DNA of 44,641 nucleotides, taken from a virus (lineage: Duplodnaviria; Caudoviricetes). The stretch lies in IMG/VR virus record IMGVR_UViG_3300020045_015756, positions 1 through 44,641 of that record; one strand, 5' to 3'. Numbering within the stretch: the first letter of the stretch is position 1; the number at the start of each line of letters is the position of its first letter. Positions 43,369-44,641 of this stretch are shown one piece after another. The notes beneath the pieces are model-generated. The model saw only the letters and a list, made by a program, of their open reading frames with translations. It had not been told where the DNA came from and did not search any database. The position numbers and the translations under genes are program-made.

Positions 43369-44641
43369 CCCTCTGAAAACTTATTTTCAGTTAAGAATCC
43401 CCACTTTTCCTTAGGGTGTTTTTTTTCCATATGAGTCTGCATGTTTTTGGCAAGTTCTTCTATCCCCTTTACAGAGCTTTGATTAAAGTTAACAACTAGT
43501 TTCTTGGCGATGTTTTGGAGGTATGGACTGATCAACATTTCCCTTGCTAATAGGCGCATCGACATGTCTGTGGCAACTCCTGTAAGAAAGTAAGGGTTTC
43601 CCATAGCAAGAGCAGCTGCACCAGCCGGAAGGCCAAGTATCTCTGCTTTGTTTAAGAAAGAATCTACTGTGGTTGTATTAAGTTTTTTTGAGATCTGAGC
43701 ATATTTGCTATATAATTTATTGCTATCCTCAAAATCTTTAGCTAATCTAGGTGATTCTTTTTCTAAAACATCCATGATCGGTTTCTTTAAAGAAGCAAGA
43801 GCCTTTTTTCCACCACCAATACTATTCCAGTTTACAGAACGATTAATGTCCTGCCAAAAGTTTATAAGGTATTCTGGAGTTACTTCTTTGTTATTCAAAG
43901 AATCTAAAGCCTCTTCAACGAAGCTTAACGCAGCTTTTCTGTCAGGTGAAGATGATAAAGTTTTAGATAATTCTTCTTGTATATTTAAAAAATTATCACT
44001 GAGAGACAGTCTATTTTGGCTAGAAATCATCTTTTTAGCCTCTTCGGAACCCTTGATCTTATTATATGAATCACCTATGTTTTCTTTTATTTCAGATAAA
44101 ACACGTTCCGTTCTTGAGCCTTTTTTTGCAACCTTAGATAAAATTGCAGATTTATTTTTCCCTTGAATCAGAGGAGTAATCTGAGATTCAGAAAGACCTA
44201 TTTTTCTTCCTGACTCGATAATATCCTTAGTAGATTTACCGGGAACAAGGCGCCTGGAAATAGCGGCTTGCCCTAAAGGCAAAGCTATTTCAGCTGCTGA
44301 TGCTAACAATTCTGGGGCATTTGCTTCTCTTAAGCCTTGTCCTAATAAACCGGCTCCAGTGGCAGTCGCCAATGACTTTACCCCGCCTCCCCCAAAAGCT
44401 GCTGTTTCTCCTAGAAACTCTGCTCCCCGACCCGCTATTCTACCTGCCGGAGTTTTTCCCTCTCCTATTCCAGTCAGCTCCTTAATCCCTCTTTTTACCT
44501 GACTAGAGGAAGGTAATCTAGATCCTAAAGGAATAGGTTCATCTAGTTCAGAAATTAAAAGCATCTCACCATAAGATGGAGTTTCACCTCTATTTAATTT
44601 ATCTATTATCTGAGAGCGGACATCTTGCATTTGCTTTTGTT
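43365..44641 (-). CDS. Putative DNA ejection protein, allele B (5' end outside window)
   Basis: Near-identical to 4023-5516 up to FGGGG, diverged thereafter. Confidence 0.7.
   Translation of the reverse strand, partial: QKQMQDVRSQIIDKLNRGETPSYGEMLLISELDEPIPLGSRLPSSSQVKRGIKELTGIGEGKTPAGRIAGRGAEFLGETAAFGGGGVKSLATATGAGLLGQGLREANAPELLASAAEIALPLGQAAISRRLVPGKSTKDIIESGRKIGLSESQITPLIQGKNKSAILSKVAKKGSRTERVLSEIKENIGDSYNKIKGSEEAKKMISSQNRLSLSDNFLNIQEELSKTLSSSPDRKAALSFVEEALDSLNNKEVTPEYLINFWQDINRSVNWNSIGGGKKALASLKKPIMDVLEKESPRLAKDFEDSNKLYSKYAQISKKLNTTTVDSFLNKAEILGLPAGAAALAMGNPYFLTGVATDMSMRLLAREMLISPYLQNIAKKLVVNFNQSSVKGIEELAKNMQTHMEKKHPKEKWGFLTENKFSEG

Larger units (their letters stand above)
1..44641. mobile_element. 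Podovirus-like temperate phage / probable phage-plasmid (~39 kb unit plus a second allele of the variable locus)
   Basis: Packaging, head, tail, ejection, replication, recombination and partition genes are all present. No host housekeeping genes. The two ends are homologous in direct orientation. Confidence 0.9.
39065..44641. repeat. Variable locus, allele B
   Basis: Diverged direct repeat of 3-5302. Confidence 0.95.

Noticed and set aside
1-44641. Physical terminal direct repeats of the virion DNA
   Set aside because: The two ends differ in gene content and sequence, whereas packaging-generated redundancy would be identical.

Overview
The window holds essentially one complete ~39 kb tailed dsDNA phage genome of podovirus type: terS/terL, portal, scaffold, N4-gp56-like major capsid, tail adaptor/nozzle, three ejection-type proteins, tail fibres, a YqaJ recombination module and an HTH replication initiator with iterons. 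It also holds a second, diverged copy of a ~5.3-5.6 kb locus (1-5302 vs 39065-44641), with alternative tail-fibre, micro-membrane-protein and ejection-protein alleles. Both window ends stop after ~120 bp of exact identity to the interior. That suggests a circular genome with two co-existing variants (39,062 vs 39,339 bp) or tandem related prophages. I found no integrase, CI-type repressor or endolysin. A ParA + RHH partition pair with phased repeats, and a rep leader with a candidate antisense RNA and pseudoknot, point to a plasmid-like prophage (phage-plasmid). Other unusual items are a repeat-bounded array of tiny membrane/coiled-coil genes, a shared RNA hairpin in the scaffold and capsid leaders, a structured attenuator-like RNA, an outer-membrane beta-barrel moron and a likely ATT start for the portal. 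A Chlamydiota host is only a tentative inference. All calls are by eye; no database searches were run.
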